NCBI GenBank assembly: GCA_963753345.1
Contig: CAVWBU010000046.1
Span: forward strand, 1 to 57,254
Reading direction: 5' to 3'
Source: an uncultured Fibrobacterota bacterium
Lineage (GTDB): Bacteria; Fibrobacterota; Chitinivibrionia; Chitinivibrionales; FEN-1185
Length of the DNA: 57,254 nt
Of the stretch, positions 39,211 to 49,323 are shown one piece after another. Both the position numbers and the translations under genes were made by a program. Position 1 is the stretch's first letter. Each line of letters opens with the position of its first letter. The notes under the pieces were generated by a model. The model was not told where the DNA came from and searched no databases. It saw only the letters and a list, made by a program, of their open reading frames with translations.

Positions 39211-40601
39211 GGCAGCAAACTCCCTATCCGTCTTGATTTCCTTTGCAGATAACGAAGCGCTTTTCCCGGCGTGTTCACCCTCGCCAGGAAATCGGGCCAC
39301 CGGTGCCTTGCCTCTTTTGCTTTGAGAAGAGCCTTGATCCGGTCAAGGTGTTTCTGGAGCGTCTGCCTGTCCACGCAGTCCGCCATGATCGGAACAGCCG
39401 GATCGAGAAGGTCGTCGGACTCGAGCTTGGCCCAGTCGTCCATGTGATCGGAAACCAGACCGCGGGCCTTGGCCTCCTCCCACAGCACGGTTCCTGGAAG
39501 CGGTTTGAGCGGGGCGACCGTTCCGTTCGCAAGGGGAAGGCTCTCCAGAAACCGATAGGTGCTTTCCAGGTCTGCCTCTGTTTCACCCGGCGATCCGACA
39601 ATCGCCGATGAGTACACAAGGAGTCCGTTCTTGTGGGCAAGCTCGATCGCCCTCCTGTTGTCCGCCGGATCGTTCCATGTTCCCTTGAGGTATTCATATA
39701 TTCTGGGAACGCCGCTTTCAACGGCGATGTTGACGCCGAAGAAATTCATCTCCTTGAGGATGTCGACAACATCCCGGTTGAAAATGTTGGCGGCGATCCA
39801 GGAGCAAAACGATGTTCTGCGATTGAGTTTTTTCGCGACGACAAGGTCCCGGATTGCGGTGAGGTGCCTTCGGTTGGCCACAAAAAGGTCATCGTAGAGG
39901 AAAATGACCTCGGGATCGAATCTCCTTTCGATGTACTCGATGTGGGCGGCGACGCCGGCGGGTGAATGAAGCCGCACCGTGCCCCAAAACGGCGAGGACG
40001 AGCAGAATCGGCACTTGTGCGGGCATCCGCGGGAGGCAATCACGTGGAATGTCGTGCGTCGTGCGGTCTTGAAGGAACAGATGTCGTAATTGTCAACAAC
40101 AGGGATTTCCTCGGGACTCAGGAAGGAGGCATCCCTCGGGTTCACCTGTAGCGCGCCGCCCGTCCGGAAGACTATCCCCGGCATGCGCGCGAGTGCGGCC
40201 GGATCGAGCCGGCCGTGCCTTTTAAATTCCCTGCACAGATTAAGGAACGTCCGCTCTCCTTCACCCAATACCCCGAGCGTCGCGGCCTCGGGAAGGTTGC
40301 CCGGCAGATAGGTTATGTGGTGGCCGCCGAAGACAATGGGCAGGTCGGGGTGATTGTGCCGCAGGGCGGCGGCAATGGAGCAGCCGAGGGAGAAGAAGCC
40401 GGAAAGCAGCGAAAGCCCGACAATGTCCGGCGCGTAGGCCGCGATGTCGTTATTGTCAATCTCGCCGACGATGATCCTGGTCTCAATGCCGGGTTCGTTC
40501 ACGCTCAGGAATTTTGCCAGTGACATGAGGCCCAGCGGGTAGCAGTTTGCGGAATATTTGTCGATGTGGGGCGAGGTGACCTGGGCAAGGAGAATTTTCA
40601 T
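39207..40601 (-). CDS. Cobalamin-binding radical SAM protein
   Basis: PLGLMSLA, GGHHIT, GEGE, SRGCPHKCRFC. Confidence 0.92.
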   Translation of the reverse strand: MKILLAQVTSPHIDKYSANCYPLGLMSLAKFLSVNEPGIETRIIVGEIDNNDIAAYAPDIVGLSLLSGFFSLGCSIAAALRHNHPDLPIVFGGHHITYLPGNLPEAATLGVLGEGERTFLNLCREFKRHGRLDPAALARMPGIVFRTGGALQVNPRDASFLSPEEIPVVDNYDICSFKTARRTTFHVIASRGCPHKCRFCSSSPFWGTVRLHSPAGVAAHIEYIERRFDPEVIFLYDDLFVANRRHLTAIRDLVVAKKLNRRTSFCSWIAANIFNRDVVDILKEMNFFGVNIAVESGVPRIYEYLKGTWNDPADNRRAIELAHKNGLLVYSSAIVGSPGETEADLESTYRFLESLPLANGTVAPLKPLPGTVLWEEAKARGLVSDHMDDWAKLESDDLLDPAVPIMADCVDRQTLQKHLDRIKALLKAKEARHRWPDFLARVNTPGKALRYLQRKSRRIGSLLP

Positions 40602-40690
40602 AGCGTTCCTGAACTCCGGGCCGCATCCCGGCAGGGTATCAGACTATGCGTTGGTAGTACCATGGACTCCGCAGCTTTCCGCACCGAAGG

Positions 40691-42172
40691 CTACCCGAGG
40701 AGCATCCTGAAACCGGAAAGCCCCCGTTTTCGAACCAGAGCCGCCACTTCTCTCACCAGCGGATCCTTCACCGCGTACAGGATTCCAAAGTACACCAGGA
40801 TCCCGCTTACGCACGAGATGGCCATCGACGCCGCCGGGTTGGACAGCAGCCGCGTCACAAAGAACAGCGCCACGCCCATGATGGCGCTCGCACATGCGTA
40901 GGTGGCGGTGCGGCGGTCCACGAACCGGAACTTCCGCAATTCCTTCTTTGTAAATACAACATACAGAACGAGCGTTACAACCTCGGCGCCCAGCGACGCC
41001 GCCGCGGTACCCCGGAACCCGAACCGCGGTATGAGGGCAAGGTTGAGCACCACGTCGACGGCGGCGGCGCCGAGCGCCGCAAGGAGCATGCTTTTCTCCT
41101 GGCCGTTGGGATACAGGATCTGCAGCGAAAAGAAATTGGAAACGCCGATGATCACGATCAGCGGCGCGGTGATATGGATCGCGGCAACAGCGTCTTTAAA
41201 CCGCGCGCCGGCGAAGACGGCCACGATGTCCGGCGCCAGAAAATACAGACCGACCGAGAGCGGCAGCGCCACCAGGAGGATGACATAGGTTGATTTCTGG
41301 GAGATATTCCTGTACTCGTCCATCAGGCCGTTCTTGACATAGAAGGATATTCTCGGCACCAGGACCATGCTGAGTGAAGTGACCACGACAACCGCGGTCC
41401 TGGTTATCTTGGACGCCGCGGTGTACAGCCCCACCGCCTTGTCGCCGGCGAGAAACCCGAGCATGACGCTGTCGAGGTACATGTAGACGCACGTGGTGAG
41501 CACCGCGCCGAACAGGACAAACACGGGACCAAGGTGCGGGCGCAGCGAAAGGCCCGAGAACCGGAGCCCCGCGTGCTTCCTTCTCAGGAGAAACCCCGCG
41601 ATGTTCGAGCCGCCGGTCGTGATGACGCCGACGGCCGCGTACCAAAGGTAATCGGATTCGCGGCGCACGAAGAGAAACAGGATGACAAGCCCGGCGGTCT
41701 TGAAGCACAGCGACCGCAGGGTTACGTTGCGGTAGTTTTCCAGGCCCTGAAAGAGCCAGTCGACCGAAAAGAGGTTCGCGAGGATCATGCTGCCCGTGAC
41801 CAGGAAAAGCACGGTCTCCTGCTGCAGCTTGTGTACCACAACGAGCGGGATCGCGAACAGGACGAGCGCCGCGGCGGTGGAGAAGAGGTTGAGGAAGAAG
41901 AGTTCGGAGAACAGCCGCGACAGTTCCTCCCGGCCACCGCTTCGCGCGCGGGCGATCTCCCGGCTGCCGTACACGGGGATCCCCAGGCTCGCGAGCAGCA
42001 GGAAGTAGCCGGTAAACGAGGTGGCGAAAGCCACCTTGCCGAACGTGGCGGGGCCCAGCATCCGCGAAACATAGGTGAAGGTGACAAGAGGAAAAACAAT
42101 GTTGCTCAGGTTGAGCAGCGTGTTGTAAAAATAGTTCTTCTTGACAGAAGCAACAATGGGGTGGGGCGTCAT
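40691..42172 (-). CDS. Wzx-type polysaccharide flippase
   Basis: NIVFPLVTFTYVSRMLG, GIPVYGSREIA, DWLFQGLE; many TM helices. Confidence 0.92.
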   Translation of the reverse strand: MTPHPIVASVKKNYFYNTLLNLSNIVFPLVTFTYVSRMLGPATFGKVAFATSFTGYFLLLASLGIPVYGSREIARARSGGREELSRLFSELFFLNLFSTAAALVLFAIPLVVVHKLQQETVLFLVTGSMILANLFSVDWLFQGLENYRNVTLRSLCFKTAGLVILFLFVRRESDYLWYAAVGVITTGGSNIAGFLLRRKHAGLRFSGLSLRPHLGPVFVLFGAVLTTCVYMYLDSVMLGFLAGDKAVGLYTAASKITRTAVVVVTSLSMVLVPRISFYVKNGLMDEYRNISQKSTYVILLVALPLSVGLYFLAPDIVAVFAGARFKDAVAAIHITAPLIVIIGVSNFFSLQILYPNGQEKSMLLAALGAAAVDVVLNLALIPRFGFRGTAAASLGAEVVTLVLYVVFTKKELRKFRFVDRRTATYACASAIMGVALFFVTRLLSNPAASMAISCVSGILVYFGILYAVKDPLVREVAALVRKRGLSGFRMLLG

Positions 42173-42376
42173 GGAAACGCTTTCCGGTTCGGCCCGGCAT
42201 CGGCGCCGGAAGACCGTAAGGGCCGCGCGGGCCGGAGGTTTACATATTGGCATTGCTCGGCGGAGTGAGAAAAATATAAATGATCGCGCAGGCTGCGGGC
42301 GCGAAATCCGGGCCGCCCAGGTTTCTATTATTTTACGGTAGAAAGTCACCGGACACCCCCGCGAGGACGCGCTCGC

Positions 42377-43504
42377 ATGAACATCGGCGTTGACATCAAG
42401 GCGCTTTTCGCCGGAAAGGCCGGCATAGCGGCCTATATCAGGAACACGCTCGACAGGCTCCAGGAAGCGGACGCCGTCAACCGGTATTTCCTGTTTGAAA
42501 AGATGCCGTCGGCGTATCGGGTGACCAACCCGCTGTGGCGGAAGGTGCTGGTGCCGTCGCGGCTCCCCGGCACGGTCTGGCTCATGCTTGCGGTCCCGCC
42601 GCGCCTTGCACGCCATGCAATAGACGTGTTCTGGGGGCCGGAGCAGATTGTCCCGTGCGTGCTGCCGGCGGGGGCGGTGATGGTTTCCACGGTGCTCGAC
42701 GTTGCCGTGAAGCGCTGCCCGCGCACCATGCAGACCACAAACTACTTTGTCAACAGGCTGTTTCTCAAGAGGAGCATCGGCCGTTCGCGCACGGTGCTCA
42801 CCATTTCCCGTTGCATCAGGGACGACATCTGCCGTTATTTCCCCCGCCAGGCGCCGCTTTCAAAAGTGGAAGTCACCTATCCCGGCCGGCCGCGGATGCT
42901 GGCGCTTTCCGAAAAGTCAATCGGCCGCGGCGACCACCTTCTGTTCGCGGGCAGTTTCGAGCCGAGAAAGAACCTTCTCTCACTTCTTAGGGCGCTGTCG
43001 TTCTTGAAAAAAGAGAAAAACCTAACGGTGCCGCTTGCCATTGCCGGTCCGGACGGATGGAAGAACAACGCGGTTCGCATGTACATCGAAGCAAACGGAC
43101 TTGCGGAGCAGGTGAGGTTCCTGGGGTACCTGAGCGATGCCGACCTCGCGCGCGAGTACCAGAGGTGCAAGGCGTTCGTTTATCCTTCGCTGTACGAAGG
43201 CTTCGGCCTGCCCGTGCTTGAAGCGCTCACCGCAGACGCGCCGGTGCTGTCGTCGCGCGGCACCGCCATGGAGGAGATCGCGGGCGAATGCATCGTGCTG
43301 TTTGACCCGGCCGACCCGCGCGACATCGCAAACAAGGTCGCGGCGTTGTATGCCGGCGCCATCGACACGCAGGCCCTTCTTGCGCACCGCGAGGCCGTGC
43401 TGTCGAGGTTTTCGTGGGAGAACACCGCAGGAAAGACGCTTGAGGCATTGACAAGGGCATACACAAGCGGGAATGATCTGGCCGGGCATTCCGCGCGGCG
43501 TTGA
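42377..43504 (+). CDS. GT4 glycosyltransferase
   Basis: EPRKN, YPSLYEGFGLPVLEA. Confidence 0.93.
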   Translation: MNIGVDIKALFAGKAGIAAYIRNTLDRLQEADAVNRYFLFEKMPSAYRVTNPLWRKVLVPSRLPGTVWLMLAVPPRLARHAIDVFWGPEQIVPCVLPAGAVMVSTVLDVAVKRCPRTMQTTNYFVNRLFLKRSIGRSRTVLTISRCIRDDICRYFPRQAPLSKVEVTYPGRPRMLALSEKSIGRGDHLLFAGSFEPRKNLLSLLRALSFLKKEKNLTVPLAIAGPDGWKNNAVRMYIEANGLAEQVRFLGYLSDADLAREYQRCKAFVYPSLYEGFGLPVLEALTADAPVLSSRGTAMEEIAGECIVLFDPADPRDIANKVAALYAGAIDTQALLAHREAVLSRFSWENTAGKTLEALTRAYTSGNDLAGHSARR

Positions 43505-43597
43505 CAGGAGGCGAGGGCGAACCGGGGCGCGCATCTATCAAGCTTGGAACTTGGATGGCATAACGTTTCTTGCGCAATTATCAGCGCATTCACCGCA

Positions 43598-43683
43598 CTG
43601 AATCCCACAGCGAGCGACTATAACTATGTTTTCTTTCCATAGGGATGGAAGATTCCTCGCAGCTTGCTGCGAGGTTCTTCAAT
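43598..43683 (+). mobile_element. Family C miniature element, copy 4 (left hairpin deleted)
   Basis: CTGAATCCCACAGCGAGCG joined directly to ACTATAA...GATTCCTCGCAGCTTGCTGCGAGGTTCTTCAAT. Confidence 0.7.
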
Positions 43684-43780
43684 GCAGTCAATAATGTGAA
43701 GGAAAATGCTGTTCCGTGAAAGCCGTTGCAGAGAGCCCACGGCAATAGTATCATTACGCTAGACATGGGCGACGCAGTTC

Positions 43781-43811
43781 GCCGCGCCTGTGCGGGCGCG
43801 TGGATTGTCAC
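43781..43811 (+). repeat. Solitary type I-C CRISPR-like repeat unit (not an array)
   Basis: GCCGCGCCTGTGCGGGCGCGTGGATTGTCAC resembles the I-C pattern GTCGCGCC...GGGCGCGTGGATTGAAAC; only one copy seen. Confidence 0.5.
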
Positions 43812-43847
43812 AAAAGATACGGTCAGCGAAACAGGAGATACCTGATT

Positions 43848-44132
43848 ATGAAATCAAAAACCTTTGTAGACTGGTTTTATCAGAACTGCAATCACGGGGA
43901 AGATATGGCATTTGCCCGCAAAGTGTGGGATGCATGTCACGATTCTGCCGAAGAGGAAAACAAGGAGACTGCCGAAATTTTACTGAAAGCCTGCGAGGCC
44001 GCCCGGGCTTATCTTGAACAGCGGGGCGTGAGAACCCGCGGAACCGTTGGAAGAACCATTGTTCTGCCCCTGCTTGACGAAGCAATAAAAAGAGCCGGTT
44101 CTTCAACTGAGGCCGGGACTGTAATAGTATAA
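43848..44132 (+). CDS. Hypothetical protein (94 aa)
   Basis: AGGAGA RBS, ATG43848; helical, no recognised motif. Confidence 0.7.
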   Translation: MKSKTFVDWFYQNCNHGEDMAFARKVWDACHDSAEEENKETAEILLKACEAARAYLEQRGVRTRGTVGRTIVLPLLDEAIKRAGSSTEAGTVIV

Positions 44133-44238
44133 CATACGGCCGCAGTAGGACTCGATCCTGCAGATAATCCATGGTGCAATCATCAGCAAGAGGAAAAGGG
44201 TTTTAATGCGGCAACGGCCGCTAACCAACCGGAGAAAC

Positions 44239-44270
44239 AAAAAACCCGCGCACGTGCGCGGGTTTTTTTT
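44239..44270. terminator. Bidirectional Rho-independent terminator
   Basis: AAAAAACCCGCGCACGTGCGCGGGTTTTTTTT between convergent genes. Confidence 0.88.
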
Positions 44271-44316
44271 ATGATCTCTGCAGGCACGTAACGGGGTGCC
44301 TGTATGCCGGTCCTTA

Positions 44317-45858
44317 TTATTGCGGCAATGTCCAATACAGGTCGTCGACAATAATATATTGTCCGGCGACATAGGGATCAAAAGTGGCCCCCATGAAATA
44401 ATCCACATTGGACAAATCACAGGTCGCAGACCATGCAGAGAGAGGAATCATTATCTCATGCCATTGTTCATCATTCACATAGCCGTAGGTTGAGGTAGGA
44501 AGGAAGGTCTGGCCGGTGTGATTCAAATTTTCCACGAGGATCTTAATGCCGCTCGCATTGCCTTTCAGCCTGACGTGGAGGCTGCACGCAGCATAGGTGG
44601 TCATGTTCAATGAAGCCAGCGCGCCTCCGGCGTCAACCTGAGCCCAGCCGAATCCGGCCCAGCCCACATTGCCGGCGGTTATTCTTACCGCATTTCCCGT
44701 TCCCGCAAAATTCGGCGCTGAATCTACTGTGCAGGTTCCGGACCAGGTGAACAAATTAGTTAGCAAGCCGGGAGCCACGGTCGCTCCGGGTGTGGCGGCG
44801 GTGCTGAAGATACCGAGCGCGGGTATCAACGTCGAATACCAGTTCGCGGTCTTGGTGATAACAGCCGCCGGCTCGGCATCGGCGTAGGACACCTTCACCA
44901 TGTCGCTGTCCTGCACGGCGATTGCCTTGCCCGCCGTGGATGATCCAATGCTGAATCCGAGTTTACCGGAGTATGTTCCTGCGGAACCGACAAGCATGAG
45001 GGTGATCCCGGAGGAATCCTTCATGCTCGTCACCTTTACATTAACCGTGTCCGCAACCAGGTCGCTGTCGACAAGCGTGACCATGGCTTTGGCGGTCATG
45101 CCATGATAAACGGTGGAATCCAAGGCAAGAACGCCTGCAACACCGTGCCATGTGGCGGTTGCCGATGAAATAACGCCTGGAGGAACATCATCAGTATAGG
45201 TTACCGTCACCACATCGCCGTCCTTGACGCGAATGGTGTCGTTGCCGGCAGTGAGCCCGGGGGTAAAATATACTTTTCCGGAATATACGCCGTAGCTTCC
45301 AGCAACCGGTTTCAGGACGACGGTGGTTTGTTGCGAGTTGTAGGTGGTCGTCACGATATCAACATCAAGCGAAGGTGCACTCATGTCAAGGTCGGTGACA
45401 GTTATGGTCATGGGGGCCCTGATGCTGGTATACATCGCCGCATCAAGAGCGACCTTGCCCTTTGCACCGTTCCAGGTAATTTGAACGGTCCTGCTTCCGG
45501 CCGGGAAAGCGTCCGCATAGGTAATGGTCACAAGGTCGCCGTCTATCACCCTGATGGTGTCGTTGTCGGCGACGGTTGTCGAAAAGTAAAGAGGGCCGGT
45601 AAATGTTCCGTTTTTCCCGGTGAGCCTCAGGTTTATTCCCTTGGGATAAGCACTGCTTGTCACTTTCACCATAACGGAAGTATCCGTAATGTCCGGGTCA
45701 ATGAGCGTTACCATGTCCGGAACATTGCTTCCGGTGACCGTGGCAGCACTGACCGCGATTTTCCCTTGAAACCCTACCGGCGCCGTTCCACAGCCCACCA
45801 TACACAATGCGACAAGCAGCGTACTTGCGCCAAGAATTGTTAATAGAACTTTTTTCAT
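44317..45858 (-). CDS. Lipoprotein with three internal beta-rich repeats and a CBM-like C-terminal domain
   Basis: Lipobox MVGC; three copies of D.D...V.V....G...G...F....I.V.D.D.V...Y.D; tail GWAGFG...WHEIMIPLS...VDDLYW. Confidence 0.8.
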   Translation of the reverse strand: MKKVLLTILGASTLLVALCMVGCGTAPVGFQGKIAVSAATVTGSNVPDMVTLIDPDITDTSVMVKVTSSAYPKGINLRLTGKNGTFTGPLYFSTTVADNDTIRVIDGDLVTITYADAFPAGSRTVQITWNGAKGKVALDAAMYTSIRAPMTITVTDLDMSAPSLDVDIVTTTYNSQQTTVVLKPVAGSYGVYSGKVYFTPGLTAGNDTIRVKDGDVVTVTYTDDVPPGVISSATATWHGVAGVLALDSTVYHGMTAKAMVTLVDSDLVADTVNVKVTSMKDSSGITLMLVGSAGTYSGKLGFSIGSSTAGKAIAVQDSDMVKVSYADAEPAAVITKTANWYSTLIPALGIFSTAATPGATVAPGLLTNLFTWSGTCTVDSAPNFAGTGNAVRITAGNVGWAGFGWAQVDAGGALASLNMTTYAACSLHVRLKGNASGIKILVENLNHTGQTFLPTSTYGYVNDEQWHEIMIPLSAWSATCDLSNVDYFMGATFDPYVAGQYIIVDDLYWTLPQ

Positions 45859-46431
45859 CCGGTCCCCCTTGAAAAAAGAGTGATTGTTTATAAAAAAATA
45901 AAAAAGAATCCAGCTTCCTGATTCCTGCCGAAACGTTCATTGTCACATGAAAAAATCAAAGCAGTTTTGGGGTGATTGACATTTACTTGGACGTTGTTAA
46001 AATAGGTAGGTTAAATTGGTTTAAGCAAGAAAAAAGTTGTTGGTTCCCATCCTGGTGATCGGCATGCCTCCTCAGGTCCTTCAGAAATGAGACTCTGAAG
46101 ATCTAAAATCCATGGAAAACGGTTGTCTTCCGTTGGGCTTCACGGGACGGCAGCTTAAGCAGTGGCAGGGCACAGGAATTGGCCGGTGATCACTCAGGGG
46201 AGCTTCGATGCAGGCCGCACGAGATTGATGGAAACATTTCGGCAGCGCAGCATCACCTTGAAAACGAACTGAATATCTTCTGAGGAAATGGGCCGAAGTT
46301 GAGAGTTGGAAGATTTTCTTGGAACGATTACAGAATGCTACCGAGTATTCATCAGCCGGCTGCAGAAGCTCGCGGCGAAGATCGGATAAATTCGGTTTTG
46401 CCGCTTGGCTTAAGCTTGCCTCTTGTCAAGG

Positions 46432-47034
46432 TCACCTGTCTTGACCTTTTTCCGCCGGCCACCCAGGCCAACCAGGGTTCTTTATCTGCTCAAGAAGAGC
46501 TTCGTCGAGAACCCAATTCTTCGAAGCGGCATCCCACACCGTTGCAAGTTTTTCGGGCCAATTGGCCCGTATGTGACGCAAAATCTCTGCGTCAAGTTTC
46601 GCCTTGTGAAATGATTTGACCTCATCGAGATTGGCCCCCCGAAGATTGGCTCCCCCGAGGTTGGCTTCCGGAAGGTTGGCCTTCCACAGGTTTGCTCCCT
46701 GAAGATTGGCTCCTCCAAGATCCGCTCCTCCAAGGTTGGTTCCGCTAAGGTTGGCTCCCTCAAGGTTGACCATCCGAAGGTCGGCTACGCGCAGGTCTGC
46801 TCCTCCAAGGTTGGCTTCCTCAAGGTTGGCTCCCTGAAGGAAAGCTCCTCCAAGATTGGCTCCTCCAAGATTGGCTCCCACAAGGTTGGCTTTGACAAGA
46901 TTGACTTCCCGAAGGTTGACTTCCCACAGGTGGGCGTTTTCGAGATCGGCTTGAGCGGCTTTGTTTTCTTCTCTCCATTTATTCCATTTGCGTACGCCGG
47001 ATTTTAGTATGGCGATATGATCTTGAGAAGCCAT
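46432..47034 (-). CDS. Pentapeptide repeat protein
   Basis: ANLxG repeats with 15-nt DNA periodicity; paralog of 2014-2763. Confidence 0.9.
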   Translation of the reverse strand: MASQDHIAILKSGVRKWNKWREENKAAQADLENAHLWEVNLREVNLVKANLVGANLGGANLGGAFLQGANLEEANLGGADLRVADLRMVNLEGANLSGTNLGGADLGGANLQGANLWKANLPEANLGGANLRGANLDEVKSFHKAKLDAEILRHIRANWPEKLATVWDAASKNWVLDEALLEQIKNPGWPGWPAEKGQDR

Positions 47035-47341
47035 TATCGAGTTCCTCTTATTTTCGTTCTTCCGGAAACAACAACACCGTGAGGTATCCGCAATATTGAA
47101 AGGTGATAAGCACCACCTATGCAGAGAACCTCCAAAAAGCGTGCCATTGCGGGTTGATGGCAGTTTTAGCTTTTTAAGGGCAAGGTACTGTGTCCTCTTC
47201 CCTGGTTTGTTGCTGGGACGATGTCGAACGGATTGATTATTTATGCAAGATGCATTGCATTATGCATTTTCGCTGGGTCTCTAAAAAAGGCGGAATACAT
47301 TTTGTAATCCGGAAGTGGTGTAAAGCATAGGAGGATGATAC

Positions 47342-48193
47342 ATGGGAACATCAGTAATCGATTCCATCAAACAGCGCTGTTCCGTTCGGTCCTATGATAC
47401 CAGACCGATCGAATCTTTGGTGCGTGATCAAATAACCGGATTCCTTCGCACAAATACTTCGGGGCCGCTTGGCAGCAAGGTGCGATTTGAGCTTGTCGAA
47501 GTTCCCCTAGACAATCCGGAACAGCTCAAAGAATTCGGTACCTATGGCATGATTAGGGGCGCGCACGTCTTTATCTCAGGCGCGGTCGTTCGAAATTCGC
47601 AGGCCATGGAAGATTTCGGGTACTGCATGGAGCAGAATATTCTTATGGTAACCAGTCTGGGGCTCGGCACCTGCTGGCTTGGCGGCACACTCAAACGCAG
47701 CACCTTTGCTGACAGGATGAATCTTGCCGCCGATGAACTGATCCCGGCAGTCACACCGCTCGGCTATGCTCTTGACAAAAGACCACTTCGTGATTCTATT
47801 ATTCGTTTCGCAGTCGGAGCAAGGAGCCGTAAACCCTTCTCGCAACTTTTTTTTGATACCGCAATTGACCGCCCGCTTTCGGGAAGCCCGGAAGACCCCA
47901 TTGTTTTCGCGCTCGAATGCGTTCGTCGCGGACCATCGGCCTCAAACAAACAACCCTGGCGAATTGTCAGGGGTGCCGATAAGCGCTCGTTTCACTTTTA
48001 CATCAAGCCTGATCCGCTCTATGAAGCACGTTTTGGGGAGATCAGAATTCAACACGTCGACATGGGCATCTCGATGTGCCATTTTGAGGCGGCTCTCAAA
48101 GATCAGGGCATCGCCGGAAAATGGGATAATAGCGAGATGCCGATCGTGATGGACGATTTAGAGTACGTAACAAGCTTTTCACTTGAGAAATAG
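47342..48193 (+). CDS. Nitroreductase family protein
   Basis: RCSVRSY, GLGTCWLGGT, PSASNKQPW; AGGAGG RBS. Confidence 0.92.
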   Translation: MGTSVIDSIKQRCSVRSYDTRPIESLVRDQITGFLRTNTSGPLGSKVRFELVEVPLDNPEQLKEFGTYGMIRGAHVFISGAVVRNSQAMEDFGYCMEQNILMVTSLGLGTCWLGGTLKRSTFADRMNLAADELIPAVTPLGYALDKRPLRDSIIRFAVGARSRKPFSQLFFDTAIDRPLSGSPEDPIVFALECVRRGPSASNKQPWRIVRGADKRSFHFYIKPDPLYEARFGEIRIQHVDMGISMCHFEAALKDQGIAGKWDNSEMPIVMDDLEYVTSFSLEK

Positions 48194-48568
48194 GTGGCCG
48201 ATAGAACGCGGATAAAACAAATTGAAACGCAATAAGGACCTCCAGCGACATCCGCCTTTGTCATACTACCGGTTTCCACTCAGACCTGCGGATCGGGATC
48301 CGATTCGCAATTCTGATTGCAGGCAGGATGGGGCGGATGCTCTCCTTACCCTGTAACGCAGCAAAGGAACCGTTGTTGTTCATTGTCCGCCACGGTGTCA
48401 CCTTGGATTTCTTAGCGAGAAACAAGAGATTGCATGGAATCAGTCCGAGTTTCAATGTGTAGCTGCAACCAAGGGACAAATCTTTTCTGGTTTCCACTTT
48501 GCTCACCTTCAACCAAAAGGCTCAAGACTGGTAAATTCAGATTTGACAACAAAAGGCGGAAAACGTAC

Positions 48569-48741
48569 CTATAGTCGCTCGCTAGTCCCGGAGCACCACG
48601 ACTACGACCGGATACAAGGCTGCAGGAGTAGCCGCGCAAGCGAACCTCCGGGGAAAAGGCAAACCGACATAGTAACACGCGCGAAGCGCAACTAACATAC
48701 CTTAGGAAACGAAGTGACAATGCGCTCGCTGTGGGATTCAA
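48569..48741 (-). mobile_element. Family C miniature element, copy 5 (left half, with insertions)
   Basis: Minus strand TTGAATCCCACAGCGAGCGCATT...GTTCGCTTGCGCGGCTACTCCTG...CGTAGTCGTGGTG...TAGCGAGCGACTATAG. Confidence 0.65.
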
Positions 48742-48959
48742 AGTCCATTGTGCCTGCAAACCTATACTTGTCATTACGATTTTCAACCGCTTGGCACCCA
48801 AACCGCATCATTTCTCAGTTTTATTCGCACTTCGATGTTTTTCCAGCGATCGTAGAACCTTTGGAAACGCTTAAATTCGCGATCCCAATGGTACGAATTT
48901 TGCGGTTTTGACAAGCTCTTTGAAGAGAACGCATTCACCACAACCACCGGAGGCCTTGT

Positions 48960-49310
48960 ATGGCAAGCAAATCCATGAAAGCAGTGGTTGCGCACGACTA
49001 CGGCGATGTGATAGACACCGTTGGCGGCGACCTTGTTGAACGGTCGCTTAAGGTTGTACGAAAGGGCGGCGTCATCACCACCAGCGCCGGCATGCCTCCG
49101 CCGGACCTTGGCAAAGCCATGGGAATCCCGGTTGCAAGCGCAAACCGTGCCTCAACTGGTTTCCTCGGCCAGATTAGCGGACTTCTCGCGGACAAAACCA
49201 TAGGCCCGTGGGCGGGCAAGGCATTCGGGCTCGCGGACGTGCGGCGGGTGCACGAACTTTGTCAGACCGGTCACGGACGCGGCCACATCGTGCTGCACGT
49301 GCCGGACTAG
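48960..49310 (+). pseudogene. Internally deleted MDR/quinone oxidoreductase-like gene
   Basis: MKAVVAHDYG fused directly to DVIDTVGG...GHGRGHIVL; 116 aa versus about 300 typical. Confidence 0.75.
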
Positions 49311-49323
49311 AAAGGTTTGCTTT

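Noticed and set aside
46020-46400. Possible decayed gene or transposase remnant
   Set aside because: Stops in the frames I read and no recognisable motif
46620-46940. 15-nt periodic DNA repeat
   Set aside because: Explained by pentapeptide-repeat coding
48655-48720. GGCAAACC motif resembling a c-di-GMP-I riboswitch
   Set aside because: Lacks the GNRA-capped P2 and receptor stem; lies inside a family C element
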